Assembly: GCA_038851755.1 (NCBI GenBank)
Contig: JAWCKR010000004.1
Location: forward strand, 25,332-89,331
Source: Candidatus Hadarchaeales archaeon
GTDB taxonomy: Archaea; Hadarchaeota; Hadarchaeia; Hadarchaeales; WYZ-LMO6
Direction: 5' to 3'
Length of the DNA: 64,000 nt
The notes under the pieces are model-generated. The model made no database searches. It was not told the origin of the DNA and saw only the letters and a list, made by a program, of their open reading frames with translations. Position 1 is the first letter of the stretch. Each line of letters starts with the position of its first letter. Positions 34,711-43,388 of this stretch are shown here, piece after piece. The translations under genes were made by a program, and so were the position numbers.

Positions 34711-36616
34711 GGCCCACCTCCCAGCCTTCCTGGATGGCCTCCAGGGCCTTCCTCGGCTGGGAGCAGTCACCCACCAGGTAAAGCTCCTCCACCTTGCCCT
34801 TCAGCTCCTCCGCCAGGCTGGAGTTGGGCCTGGAGCCCACGGCCAGCACCACGGAGTCGGCGGGAAAGACCTCCTCTCCCCCGCCCCTCACGGCCACCAC
34901 CCCCTCAGGGCGAATCTCTTTCACCTTCGTGGAGGTGAAGATCCTCACCCCTCCTTTCTTCAGGTTCTCCCTCAGGATCCAGCGGGTGGTGATCCCCACG
35001 TCTCCCGCCACCTTCTCCAGCATCTCCAGCAGGGTCACCTCCTTCCCCCTCGAGGTGAGGTAGTGTGCGGTGTAGCACCCCACCCCGCCTCCCCCCACGA
35101 TTACCACCTTCTTCCCCACCTCCTTCCCCGCCAGGACCTCCCAGGCCTGCGAGACGTGGGGGAGGTTCACGCCGGGGAAGGGAGGCACGAGGGGCAGGGC
35201 ACCGGTGGCCACCACCACGGCGTCGGGACTCACTTCCTCCACCAGCTTCGCATCCACCCGGGTTCTCAGCCTCACCTCCACCCCAGCCTTCCTGGCATGT
35301 ACGGCCAGCTCCCTCACCACCGTTCCGAGTTCCTCCCTGCCGGGGGTGACGGAGGCCAGCCTGAGCTGCCCTCCCAGCTCCCCGTCCTCCTCGCAGAGGA
35401 TCACCTCGTGTCCCCTGAGGGCTGCCGTCTCCGCGGCCTTCAGCCCCCCAGGCCCTCCCCCTGCCACCAGCACCCTCTTCCTCTTTTCCGCGGGCTCCAT
35501 CCTCACCTCCCCCTCCCTCCCCACGCCGGGGTTGACCATGCACGTCAGGGGCCTGCCCTCGAAGAGCCTGTCGAAGCATCCCTGGCAGCAGCCCACGCAT
35601 GTGACGATGTCCTCCACCCTCCCCTCCTGTGCCTTCCTGGGGAAGTCGGGGTCCGCCACCAGCGCCCTCCCCATGGAGATCAGGTCCGCCTTTCCCTCTC
35701 TCAGTATCCTCTCGGCGAGGGCGGGTTCGTTGATCCGGTTGCTGGCGGCCACCTTCACCTCCGTTCCCCTCAGGGCCTCCTTGATGCCCTCCGCGAGGTG
35801 CACGTACCCTCCCCTGGGGACCTCCATGGTGATCATGGGGACCCTGGACTCGTGCCAGCCGGCGGTCACGTTGATGGCCGAGATGCCGGCCTCCGCCAGC
35901 GTCCTGGCCACCACCTTCATCTCCCTCAGCGTGTTGCCCCCAGGGATGAGCTCGTCTCCCGAGAGGCGGCACATCAGCGGGAAGTCCCTTCCCACGGTTT
36001 CCCTGGTGAGTTCCACGATTTCCAGCAGGAACCTCATCCTGTTCTCCAGAGACCCTCCGTACTCATCGGTCCGCCGGTTGGTGACGGGAGAGAGGAACTG
36101 GCTTATCAGGTAGCCCGCGGAGCCTATGAACTCCACCGCGTCGAAGCCGGCCTCCTTCGCCCTCCCCGCCGCCTGCGCGAACTCCTCCTCTATCCTCTTG
36201 ATTTCCGGGACGGTGAGGGCCCTGGGCTTCACCCGGCTGAAGATGGGAGGGGGCACGTCCGAGGCGGAGACGGGCTCCCTTCCCGTGATCTCCACGAACT
36301 CGTACCTCCCGGGGTGCCAGAGCTGAAGGGCGGTTTTGGCCCCGTGGGCGTGGATGGCTTCCGCCAGCCCCCTCAGGCCGGGGATGTAGGAGTCGTCGGC
36401 CGCGGAGATCACGTACTCCATTCCTTTCTCCACCGCGACTATCCCCACCACGATCAGCCCCGCCCCCCCTCTCGCCCTGGCCTCGAAGTAGTGCTTCAGC
36501 TGGTCCGTGACCTCTCCGAAGGCGTAGCCTGTGGTGAGGGCAGGCATCACGATGCGGTTCCTCACCACCATCCTGCCTATGGAGAGAGGGGAGAAGAGGG
36601 TGGGGAAGGGGGTCAT
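34700..36616 (-). CDS. fadH: FadH-like 2,4-dienoyl-CoA reductase (OYE barrel + [4Fe-4S] + FAD/NAD(P) domains)
   Basis: RNRIVM, LQLWHPGRY, GSAGYLISQFLSP, NRRTDEYGGS, GWHESRVP, CVGCCQGC...CMVNP, GGGPGG; start at ATG 36616. Confidence 0.8.
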   Translation of the reverse strand: MTPFPTLFSPLSIGRMVVRNRIVMPALTTGYAFGEVTDQLKHYFEARARGGAGLIVVGIVAVEKGMEYVISAADDSYIPGLRGLAEAIHAHGAKTALQLWHPGRYEFVEITGREPVSASDVPPPIFSRVKPRALTVPEIKRIEEEFAQAAGRAKEAGFDAVEFIGSAGYLISQFLSPVTNRRTDEYGGSLENRMRFLLEIVELTRETVGRDFPLMCRLSGDELIPGGNTLREMKVVARTLAEAGISAINVTAGWHESRVPMITMEVPRGGYVHLAEGIKEALRGTEVKVAASNRINEPALAERILREGKADLISMGRALVADPDFPRKAQEGRVEDIVTCVGCCQGCFDRLFEGRPLTCMVNPGVGREGEVRMEPAEKRKRVLVAGGGPGGLKAAETAALRGHEVILCEEDGELGGQLRLASVTPGREELGTVVRELAVHARKAGVEVRLRTRVDAKLVEEVSPDAVVVATGALPLVPPFPGVNLPHVSQAWEVLAGKEVGKKVVIVGGGGVGCYTAHYLTSRGKEVTLLEMLEKVAGDVGITTRWILRENLKKGGVRIFTSTKVKEIRPEGVVAVRGGGEEVFPADSVVLAVGSRPNSSLAEELKGKVEELYLVGDCSQPRKALEAIQEGWEVGLRL

Positions 36617-36626
36617 CGTCCACCCC

Positions 36627-38483
36627 TCAGCCCGTGGGCAGGTCCAGGAGCTCCAGCTCGGCCAGCTTCTCCCTGGTGGGCACCCCGTTCTTGTCCCAGC
36701 CGCGGTACTGGTAGTAGGCGTCCAGCATGGGCTCGAGGTGCACCACCTGTCCGGCGGCGGGCCCAGAGGAGTGCGGCTCCTCCAGCAGGCGCTTCGGGAG
36801 GGAGTCATGGGAGCGGTTCAGGCCCTCCCTGACGTTGAACATCCTCTCCAGGTTGTAGATCCTCTCCCCGCACTTCCTGAACTCCCTCTCGTCGAAGTCC
36901 TTCCAGCCCGTGGCCGCGGAGACGGCCTCCGCCACCTTGTCCGCCGTGACCATCCAGGCCAGGAACTTGCACACCCCCAGACCCTCCACGGCGGCGTAGG
37001 CGTCCTCCGTCTCCTTCACCACCCTTCCCAGGATGGGATCCTCGGAGAGCGGGTCGAAGAAGGGATCCCTTATGTCCTCGGGCAGGATGGGGTGCGGGGC
37101 CCCTATGAAGGCCTGGAGCTGCACGTAAGCGTTGATGTGGCACCCTCCCCTGTTGGAGGTGGCGTAGGAGAGTCCTACGATCTTGGCCGCCCTGGGATCG
37201 TAGGCCGCGAACTCCAGCCCCTTCGAGTGCATGGCGAACCTCTCCGATCCCCTCCCCAGCTTCTCCGACATCCTCTTCGTCCCCTCCGCCAGCAGATTTC
37301 CTATTCCCTCCCTGCGGGCTATCATGTGCACGAGCCTGACCATCAGGTCCGCGTCCCCGAACCGCAGCTCCAGCCCCCCCGTGTCCTCCTTCGTCAGGAT
37401 ACCTTTTTCGAAGCACTCCATGGCGAAGGCTATGCTGCTTCCCGTGCTTATGGTGTCCATCCCGTAGTCGTTGCAGAGATGGTGAGCGTAGGTGACGGCC
37501 TCCATGCTGTCCACCCCGCACATGGACCCCAGGGCACCCACCGACTCGTACTCCGGTCCCTCCGTCTTGCAGGCGTAGGGGCCGCTCTTCACCTCCGAGA
37601 GCCTGGCACAGTGGATGGGGCACACGTAGCACCCCTTCGTTCCCACCAGCACCTTGTCGGCCAGGGAGGGTCCGTTGATCTTGTCACCGGCGGGGAAAAC
37701 CCCTTCCTGCCAGTTCCTGGTGGGCATCCCTCCCACGGCGTTCACGAGGTCGAAGCCGGAGTTGGTCCCGAAGGTCTCCAGGCTGGTCTTCAGCATGCTC
37801 TGGTTTGCCAATTCTATGACCTCTCTGGTCAGCTCCTTCATCCTGTCCGGGTCCGCCACTTCCACCTTCTTCGTACCCCTCGCGGCCACCGCCTTCAATT
37901 TCTTCGAGCCCATCACCGTCCCCATGCCGCATCTCCCCGCCGCCCTGTTGTGGTCGTTCAGGATGGAGGCGTACCTCACCAGGTTCTCCCCGGCGGGCCC
38001 TATGCAGGAGATGTTGAACCTCTCACCTAGTTCCTCCTTCAGCATCCTGGTGGTCTCGTGCACTCCCTTGCCCCAGAGGTGCGCGGCGTCCCTCAGTTCC
38101 GCCCTTCCATCCTCCACCAGCAGATAGACGGGTTTTGGGGAAATACCCTCGAAGATGATTCCATCGAAGCCCGTGCGCTTGAAGTCCACCCCCCACATGC
38201 CTGCTGAGTTGGAGTGGCCGTAAAAGCCCGTCTGCGGAGACTTCGACACCACGTCGTACCTTCCCGCGGTGGGGAAGCCCGTCCCGGTGAGGAGTCCCGT
38301 CATGAAGATGAGCTTGTTTTCGGGCCCCAGCGGATCTATTCCCTTCCTCACTTCGAAGAGGTAGCGGGCCCCCAGTCCCCTGCAACCCAAAAACTTTCTG
38401 AATTCCGTTTCCTTGATTTCTTCCTCAGCTATCTTCCCGCGGGAGAGGTCCACCCTCAGAATTTTCCCCATGTATGCGGGCAA
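36627..38483 (-). CDS. aor: Aldehyde:ferredoxin oxidoreductase (tungstopterin AOR family)
   Basis: ILRVDLS, CIGPAGEN, AAGRCGMGTVMGSKKLKA, CYVCPIHC, PEYES, DTISTG, YATSNRGGCH, YYQYRGWD. Confidence 0.92.
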   Translation of the reverse strand: MPAYMGKILRVDLSRGKIAEEEIKETEFRKFLGCRGLGARYLFEVRKGIDPLGPENKLIFMTGLLTGTGFPTAGRYDVVSKSPQTGFYGHSNSAGMWGVDFKRTGFDGIIFEGISPKPVYLLVEDGRAELRDAAHLWGKGVHETTRMLKEELGERFNISCIGPAGENLVRYASILNDHNRAAGRCGMGTVMGSKKLKAVAARGTKKVEVADPDRMKELTREVIELANQSMLKTSLETFGTNSGFDLVNAVGGMPTRNWQEGVFPAGDKINGPSLADKVLVGTKGCYVCPIHCARLSEVKSGPYACKTEGPEYESVGALGSMCGVDSMEAVTYAHHLCNDYGMDTISTGSSIAFAMECFEKGILTKEDTGGLELRFGDADLMVRLVHMIARREGIGNLLAEGTKRMSEKLGRGSERFAMHSKGLEFAAYDPRAAKIVGLSYATSNRGGCHINAYVQLQAFIGAPHPILPEDIRDPFFDPLSEDPILGRVVKETEDAYAAVEGLGVCKFLAWMVTADKVAEAVSAATGWKDFDEREFRKCGERIYNLERMFNVREGLNRSHDSLPKRLLEEPHSSGPAAGQVVHLEPMLDAYYQYRGWDKNGVPTREKLAELELLDLPTG

Positions 38484-38514
38484 CGGATTTTTTTAGCAGA
38501 GGAAGGTAAAAAGT

Positions 38515-39732
38515 TTACTCTCCTCCCCCCCTGGTGAGGAGATATCCTCCCACAGCGCTCGCTCCCCAGCTCAGGACGAAGAGGTTGAGAACCACTTTGA
38601 AGGCTGACCAGCTGTGGGAGAGGGCCCATCCCGAGACGAAGGTGGCCAGACCTCCCATCACCCCGGCGAGGAGCAGGATGCCGCCCATCGAGGGGATGAA
38701 GTTCTCCAGGCTCACCCCAGGCATCTCCTGCAGCTGGAGGACCCAGACGGGAAGGAGGACGGAGAGCTGGAGGAGGGCCAGGGCTATGGCTTCCAGGCTG
38801 AGAACCATCCAGCCGCCCGAGAAGGGGAGGTTGAAGGCCAGGAGCCCCAGGAGGGGGGAGAGCAGGCCGGAGCCCAGGCACATGAGCTTTCTCTTTTCCC
38901 TGTCCCTGGCTAGGAGAAGGAAGAAGGGAGCCGCGAGGACCACCAGCAGAGAGTTCGCTACAGAGGCCGCATAGAAGGGGAGAGAGAAGGTCATCTCCTT
39001 GCTGGTGAGGGCCAGCTCCCAGCTTCCCGGGAGCACCACGAAGATGAAGGAGAAGGCCCCCAGGTAGGCGAGGAGGGTGTAGAGCATGAGGGAGGAGTAG
39101 AGGAGGGGAGGGTTCCTGAGCACCCGAAAGACCCCCTTCTCAGGGCTCCCGCCGTCCGGAAGGGAGGGGCGGAGGAAGGGACCGAGGAGGAGCCAGAGCA
39201 GGAGGGGTCCTCCAGCCAGCAGGCCGAAGAGGAAGGGAACTTTCTCCCAACCGCCCAGTACCTGGGTGAGCAGGGAGCCGAAGAAGGAGGAGATGAGCGT
39301 GCCCAGCAGGAGGGAGACGATGCCCATGACCACCATCAGGTTCAGCTTCTCCATGAACCACTCCAGGCTGAGCACCAGCAGGAGGAGGACGAGACCCATG
39401 CTGCAGGTTCCCAGCAGGACCCTGCCCACCGCTAGGGCCCAGAAGTTCTTGGGGAGAGCAGAAAAACCAGAGAGGGCAGTGCCGGCCATCAGCAGGGCCA
39501 CCATCCCTCCGAAGCCCTCCCTGGTTACTAGCCTCCTCCACCAGAGCATGAGGGAAAGGCCAAGCAGGGAGAGACCCAGCAGGGGGGCGGAGGCCAAGAG
39601 GCCCATCCAGAGGGGATCGGTCTTCAGGTCCTCCATCACCAGCAGGAAGGTGGGGGCGAGGGAGCCTATCACCCCTCCCCCCGCGAAGATGGACACGTAC
39701 ATCAGCAGAGCGCCCAGCTTGCCCTTCTCCAC
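38515..39732 (-). CDS. Divergent MFS transporter
   Basis: About 12 hydrophobic segments, LAVGRVLLG motif. Start uncertain (39756, 39732 or 39702). Confidence 0.72.
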   Translation of the reverse strand: MEKGKLGALLMYVSIFAGGGVIGSLAPTFLLVMEDLKTDPLWMGLLASAPLLGLSLLGLSLMLWWRRLVTREGFGGMVALLMAGTALSGFSALPKNFWALAVGRVLLGTCSMGLVLLLLVLSLEWFMEKLNLMVVMGIVSLLLGTLISSFFGSLLTQVLGGWEKVPFLFGLLAGGPLLLWLLLGPFLRPSLPDGGSPEKGVFRVLRNPPLLYSSLMLYTLLAYLGAFSFIFVVLPGSWELALTSKEMTFSLPFYAASVANSLLVVLAAPFFLLLARDREKRKLMCLGSGLLSPLLGLLAFNLPFSGGWMVLSLEAIALALLQLSVLLPVWVLQLQEMPGVSLENFIPSMGGILLLAGVMGGLATFVSGWALSHSWSAFKVVLNLFVLSWGASAVGGYLLTRGGGE

Positions 39733-39741
39733 AACGGTAAA

Positions 39742-40374
39742 ATGAGGAGGGAGCAATTAATCCTATCGGAGAGAGTGGGAGAGGACCTGAGGTCGGTGGT
39801 GGAGAGTGCTCTGAGCCTCTCGGAGGAGGAGCTGAAGTCCAGCCTCTCCTTCCTGATGGACACCATCCAGAGCGTGGGGGTCAGGGAGTTCCTGAAGGTA
39901 GTGCCTGACCTCCTCCCCAAGATGATGGAGAAGATGGAGTCGCTGGAGCTGGCCAGCTTCGTGAGGGACGTGCCGCAGGCCTCCTCCAGGTTCCTGGAGG
40001 TTCTGTGGGAGGGCGTGGGTGTCATGGCAGAGCAGGACCCAGAGATTAGGCAGAAGTTGCTGGAGATGGAGCCCCTCACCGTCAACTTCAGGGCCACGGA
40101 TTCCCCCATGGCTGGACACTTTAGGGTGAGCGGGGGAAAGCTCTCGGGAGGGGGCAAGTTGGCGATGATGCCTGATCTTACCGTCCTAGCTTCAACCTCA
40201 GATCTCGTGGGGCTCCTCACGGGGAGGGTGGATCCCATTTGGAGCGCCCTGAGCGGGAGGTACAAGGTGGAGGGGAAGGTGGTGGACGCCATGAGGCTTG
40301 CTCCCCTCATGAAGCTTCTTCCCAGGCTGCTGGGCAAGGGGCCTCAGAAGGAAGGCGGGGGAAAAACCTTATAA
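39742..40374 (+). CDS. SCP2 sterol/lipid-binding domain protein with N-terminal helical extension
   Basis: C-terminal PDLTVLAS..DLVGLLTGRVDPIWSALSGRYKVEGKVVDAMRL SCP2 signature; start may be GTG 39775. Confidence 0.8.
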   Translation: MRREQLILSERVGEDLRSVVESALSLSEEELKSSLSFLMDTIQSVGVREFLKVVPDLLPKMMEKMESLELASFVRDVPQASSRFLEVLWEGVGVMAEQDPEIRQKLLEMEPLTVNFRATDSPMAGHFRVSGGKLSGGGKLAMMPDLTVLASTSDLVGLLTGRVDPIWSALSGRYKVEGKVVDAMRLAPLMKLLPRLLGKGPQKEGGGKTL

Positions 40375-40416
40375 CGGATGCACTCGGAGGAGGAAGTGTA
40401 AAAAAGAGGTGAACCG

Positions 40417-40914
40417 ATGGTACCTTTTCCGACACCGGAATGGCTTGAGGAGTACGTGAAGAAACTGAACGAGAGCAAGGAACTGCAGGAGGCTGGCAAG
40501 GGCTGGGGAGTGGGATGGAACGGAGACTTCATCTTCCAGATAGACAAACTGCCGGTGGAGAAGGTGGAGCAGCTTCCCGAGGGAGACCTGAAGAACTACA
40601 TGAAGGACATGATGACGAAGTACGCCTCGGGCACGACGGTATATACCTGGATAGGTCTGAAGGACGGGAAGTGCACCGGGGCGAAGGTCGTGAAGGATCC
40701 CAACGAGGTGCAGGCAGGGTTCAAGCTGGTGGGAGACTACGACTCCTGGAAGAAGCTGGCCAAGGGCGAGGCCGACGCCACCAAGCTGGTGCTGACCGGG
40801 AAGATGAAGCTGCAGGGAGACATGAGCAAGGTGATGAGGTACATCAAGGCCACCCAGCTGATGGGCAAGATAGCCTCCCAGGTTCCCACCGAGTTCTTGG
40901 ACGAGATGGTCTGA
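40417..40914 (+). CDS. SCP2 lipid-carrier protein (paralog A)
   Basis: FPTPEWLEEYVKKLN...GDFIFQI...YDSWKKLAKGEADATKLVLTGKMKLQGDMSKVMRY; SD GAGGTGA. Confidence 0.87.
   Translation: MVPFPTPEWLEEYVKKLNESKELQEAGKGWGVGWNGDFIFQIDKLPVEKVEQLPEGDLKNYMKDMMTKYASGTTVYTWIGLKDGKCTGAKVVKDPNEVQAGFKLVGDYDSWKKLAKGEADATKLVLTGKMKLQGDMSKVMRYIKATQLMGKIASQVPTEFLDEMV
40488..40544 (+). repeat. 57-bp exact direct repeat, copy 1 (copy 2 at 41100-41156)
   Basis: GGAGGCTGGCAAGGGCTGGGGAGTGGGATGGAACGGAGACTTCATCTTCCAGATAGA is identical in both SCP2 paralogs. Confidence 0.92.
40772..40858 (+). repeat. 87-bp exact direct repeat, copy 1 (copy 2 at 41444-41530)
   Basis: CCGACGCCACCAAGCTGGTG...ACATCAAGGCCACCCAGC is identical in both SCP2 paralogs. 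Confidence 0.92.
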
Positions 40915-40922
40915 AACCCACC

Positions 40923-40943
40923 TTCCTTTTTTCTTTTTTTTCT
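40923..40943 (+). terminator. Oligo-T terminator after SCP2 paralog A
   Basis: TTCCTTTTTTCTTTTTTTTCT shortly after the stop codon. Confidence 0.65.
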
Positions 40944-41022
40944 CCAACGGACCCAGAGCATCGACCATCCGAAGATTATTTATCGGGAGTGGAGAATTTT
41001 CTAACAAAAGGGGGGATGAAAT

Positions 41023-41586
41023 TTGACCAAGTTTGCCTTTGGGACCCAGGCTTGGAACGAAGAGTACGTCAAAAGGCTGAACAGTGACCCGGTGATGCTG
41101 GAGGCTGGCAAGGGCTGGGGAGTGGGATGGAACGGAGACTTCATCTTCCAGATAGATGAGGTGCCCGTGGAGAAGCTGCAGAAGGCAGAGACGATGTCGG
41201 AGGCAGAGGTCAAGCAGCTGGCGGAGAAGGCCGGGATTTCCTTGGAGGATGCGAAGAAGATTCAGGAGGAGTTCAAGAGAGTCATGAAGGAGTACCTGAA
41301 GGGGAAGACCATCTACGCGTACGTCGGACTGAAGGACGGGAAGTGTACGGGCATGCGCCTGCTGAAGGATCCCAACGAGGTGCAGGTGGGCTTCAAGCTG
41401 GCGGGGCCGTACGACTCCTGGAAGAAGCTGGCGAAGGCGGAGACCGACGCCACCAAGCTGGTGCTGACCGGGAAGATGAAGCTGCAGGGAGACATGAGCA
41501 AGGTGATGAGGTACATCAAGGCCACCCAGCAGATGGGTAAAGTATCCTCGCAGGTCCCGACGATCTTCGTGGACGAGTACGTGTAG
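41023..41586 (+). CDS. SCP2 lipid-carrier protein (paralog B, longer internal insert)
   Basis: Same SCP2 core as paralog A; TTG start after GGGGGATGA. Confidence 0.87.
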   Translation: MTKFAFGTQAWNEEYVKRLNSDPVMLEAGKGWGVGWNGDFIFQIDEVPVEKLQKAETMSEAEVKQLAEKAGISLEDAKKIQEEFKRVMKEYLKGKTIYAYVGLKDGKCTGMRLLKDPNEVQVGFKLAGPYDSWKKLAKAETDATKLVLTGKMKLQGDMSKVMRYIKATQQMGKVSSQVPTIFVDEYV

Positions 41587-41610
41587 TTCTTTTTTTCTTT
41601 TCTTTTTTTT
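41587..41610 (+). terminator. Oligo-T terminator after SCP2 paralog B
   Basis: TTCTTTTTTTCTTTTCTTTTTTTT between convergent stop codons. Confidence 0.65.
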
Positions 41611-43327
41611 ACTTGAGGAGCCCAGCCTTCTTCATCTTCTCTATTTCCTCTTCCCTGAGTTTCCTCTTGAAGACCTTCTCGGTGACGGTGAGGGGCAGTT
41701 CCTCTCTGAACTCCACGAACTTGGGAACGGCGTAGGGCGGGAGTTTTTCCCTGCAGTGCCTGATGATGTCCTCCTTCAGTTCCTCGCTGGGTTTGTATCC
41801 CTCCTTGAGTTCGATGAAGGCTTTCACCCTCTCGCTTCCCGGGCGCTCAGGGTCGGGTATCCCCACGGCGGCCGCCTTGGCCACGGCGGGGTGTTCATAC
41901 AGGATATCGTCCACCACCCTGCCGTATACCTTCAGACCGGAGACGTTGATCATGTCCTTGGTGCGGTCCACGATGTAGAAGTACCCGTCCTCGTCCATCT
42001 TGGCCACATCCCCAGTGTAGAGCCACCCGTCCCTCAGGCCGCTCCCTGGTGTGGGCCAGTACCCTTTCATTACCTGAGGTCCCTTGATGATCATCTCCCC
42101 GGGCTCCCCCACCGGCATTTCCTTGGTGCCGGTTTCTATGTCCACTATTCTCACATCCGTGTCCGGGACCGGTATGCCTATGGAGCCTATCTTCACGGGC
42201 AGCCCCAGGTCCAGCCCGGCTCCCTTTAGGATGGCCACGAAGTTGGAGTGGGTCACGGGGCTCGTTTCGGAGAGGCCATATCCTTCGCTCACCAGCACTC
42301 CAGCCTTCTCCTCGAACTTTTTGGAGATTTCTGGCGGAAGGGCAGCAGCTCCGCTGTAGGGTACGCAGCCTTTCAGCTCCGAGAGGTCCACTCCCTTCTC
42401 CTGCAGCAACCTCATGAATTGGGTGGGCACCCCAGGCATCAGGAGGGGGCGGTACTTCACCAGGAGGTCGTAAATCATCTTGGTGTCCCTGGCGTCTGGG
42501 ACCAGCAGCAGGCATCCCGCCCAGTAAAGGGCGACGTTCATGGCGCAGGTGAAGCCGTAGATGTGGAAGAAGGGGAGGCACCCCATCACCGAGAAGTTCC
42601 CCTTGTTGGGCTCCAGCATCCCTGCGGCGGTGGGGCCGAAGGTCTGGAGGATGTTGGTGCTCAGGTTGTAGTGGGTCAGCATCACCCCCTTGGGGATGCC
42701 CGTGCTGCCCCCCGTGAAGAAGAGGAGCGCCACATCCTCCACGGGGTTTATGTCGACCCTGGGGGGTACGGGTTGAGCCTCTGAGAGGACCTTGCGCAGC
42801 TGGAGGGCCCCCCGCACCTCCGGTGGAGAGGACTCCTCCATGGGGGAAAAGTCCCTCACGGAAGTGACGATGACTTGTTCCAGCTTGGTCCTCCCCCTCA
42901 TCTCGCTCACCTCTTCAAGCCTTGATTCGTCCGTGATGTGAACCTTGGCGCCGGAAGTGCTCAGCTCGTACTCCAGCTCTGGTTTGGGCAAGAGGGGGCT
43001 CATGAGGGCCACGATGGCTCCGGCCTTCAGAGCCCCGTAAACGCCTATAAGGAACTGGGGGGAGTTGAAGAGCTGTACCCCCACCACGTCCCCCTTCTTT
43101 ATCCCCATCTTGTTCAGGGCGTTGGCCAGGCGGTCCGTGTATTCCTTGAGCTGAACGTAGGTGAACTCCCTGTCGAAGTACACCATGGACTTGCTGTTGG
43201 GGTACTCCGCGGCCGCCCGGTCTATGAGCTCGAAGAGAGGTATCTTGGGGTAGTCGAACTGGTAGGGAAGACCTATCTGTTCATAAATCTTGAGCCACGG
43301 GCGGTCGCTGTAGGTCAGCCCGCTCAT
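41609..43327 (-). CDS. fadD: Long-chain-fatty-acid--CoA ligase
   Basis: FTGGSTGIPKGVMLTH (AMP-binding), LPFFHIYG, EGYGLSE, GPQVMKGYW, WLYTGD, DRTKDMI, YAVPK. Confidence 0.88.
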   Translation of the reverse strand: MSGLTYSDRPWLKIYEQIGLPYQFDYPKIPLFELIDRAAAEYPNSKSMVYFDREFTYVQLKEYTDRLANALNKMGIKKGDVVGVQLFNSPQFLIGVYGALKAGAIVALMSPLLPKPELEYELSTSGAKVHITDESRLEEVSEMRGRTKLEQVIVTSVRDFSPMEESSPPEVRGALQLRKVLSEAQPVPPRVDINPVEDVALLFFTGGSTGIPKGVMLTHYNLSTNILQTFGPTAAGMLEPNKGNFSVMGCLPFFHIYGFTCAMNVALYWAGCLLLVPDARDTKMIYDLLVKYRPLLMPGVPTQFMRLLQEKGVDLSELKGCVPYSGAAALPPEISKKFEEKAGVLVSEGYGLSETSPVTHSNFVAILKGAGLDLGLPVKIGSIGIPVPDTDVRIVDIETGTKEMPVGEPGEMIIKGPQVMKGYWPTPGSGLRDGWLYTGDVAKMDEDGYFYIVDRTKDMINVSGLKVYGRVVDDILYEHPAVAKAAAVGIPDPERPGSERVKAFIELKEGYKPSEELKEDIIRHCREKLPPYAVPKFVEFREELPLTVTEKVFKRKLREEEIEKMKKAGLLK

Positions 43328-43388
43328 CTCTCTTCTTTTGAAATTCCCCTATAAAAAACTTCTAATCGGGTAGGAACCAGTTAAAAAT

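Noticed and set aside
40488-41530. Direct repeats as a CRISPR array or mobile-element ends
   Set aside because: Only two copies of each, in frame within paralogous CDSs; no spacers, cas genes or transposase.
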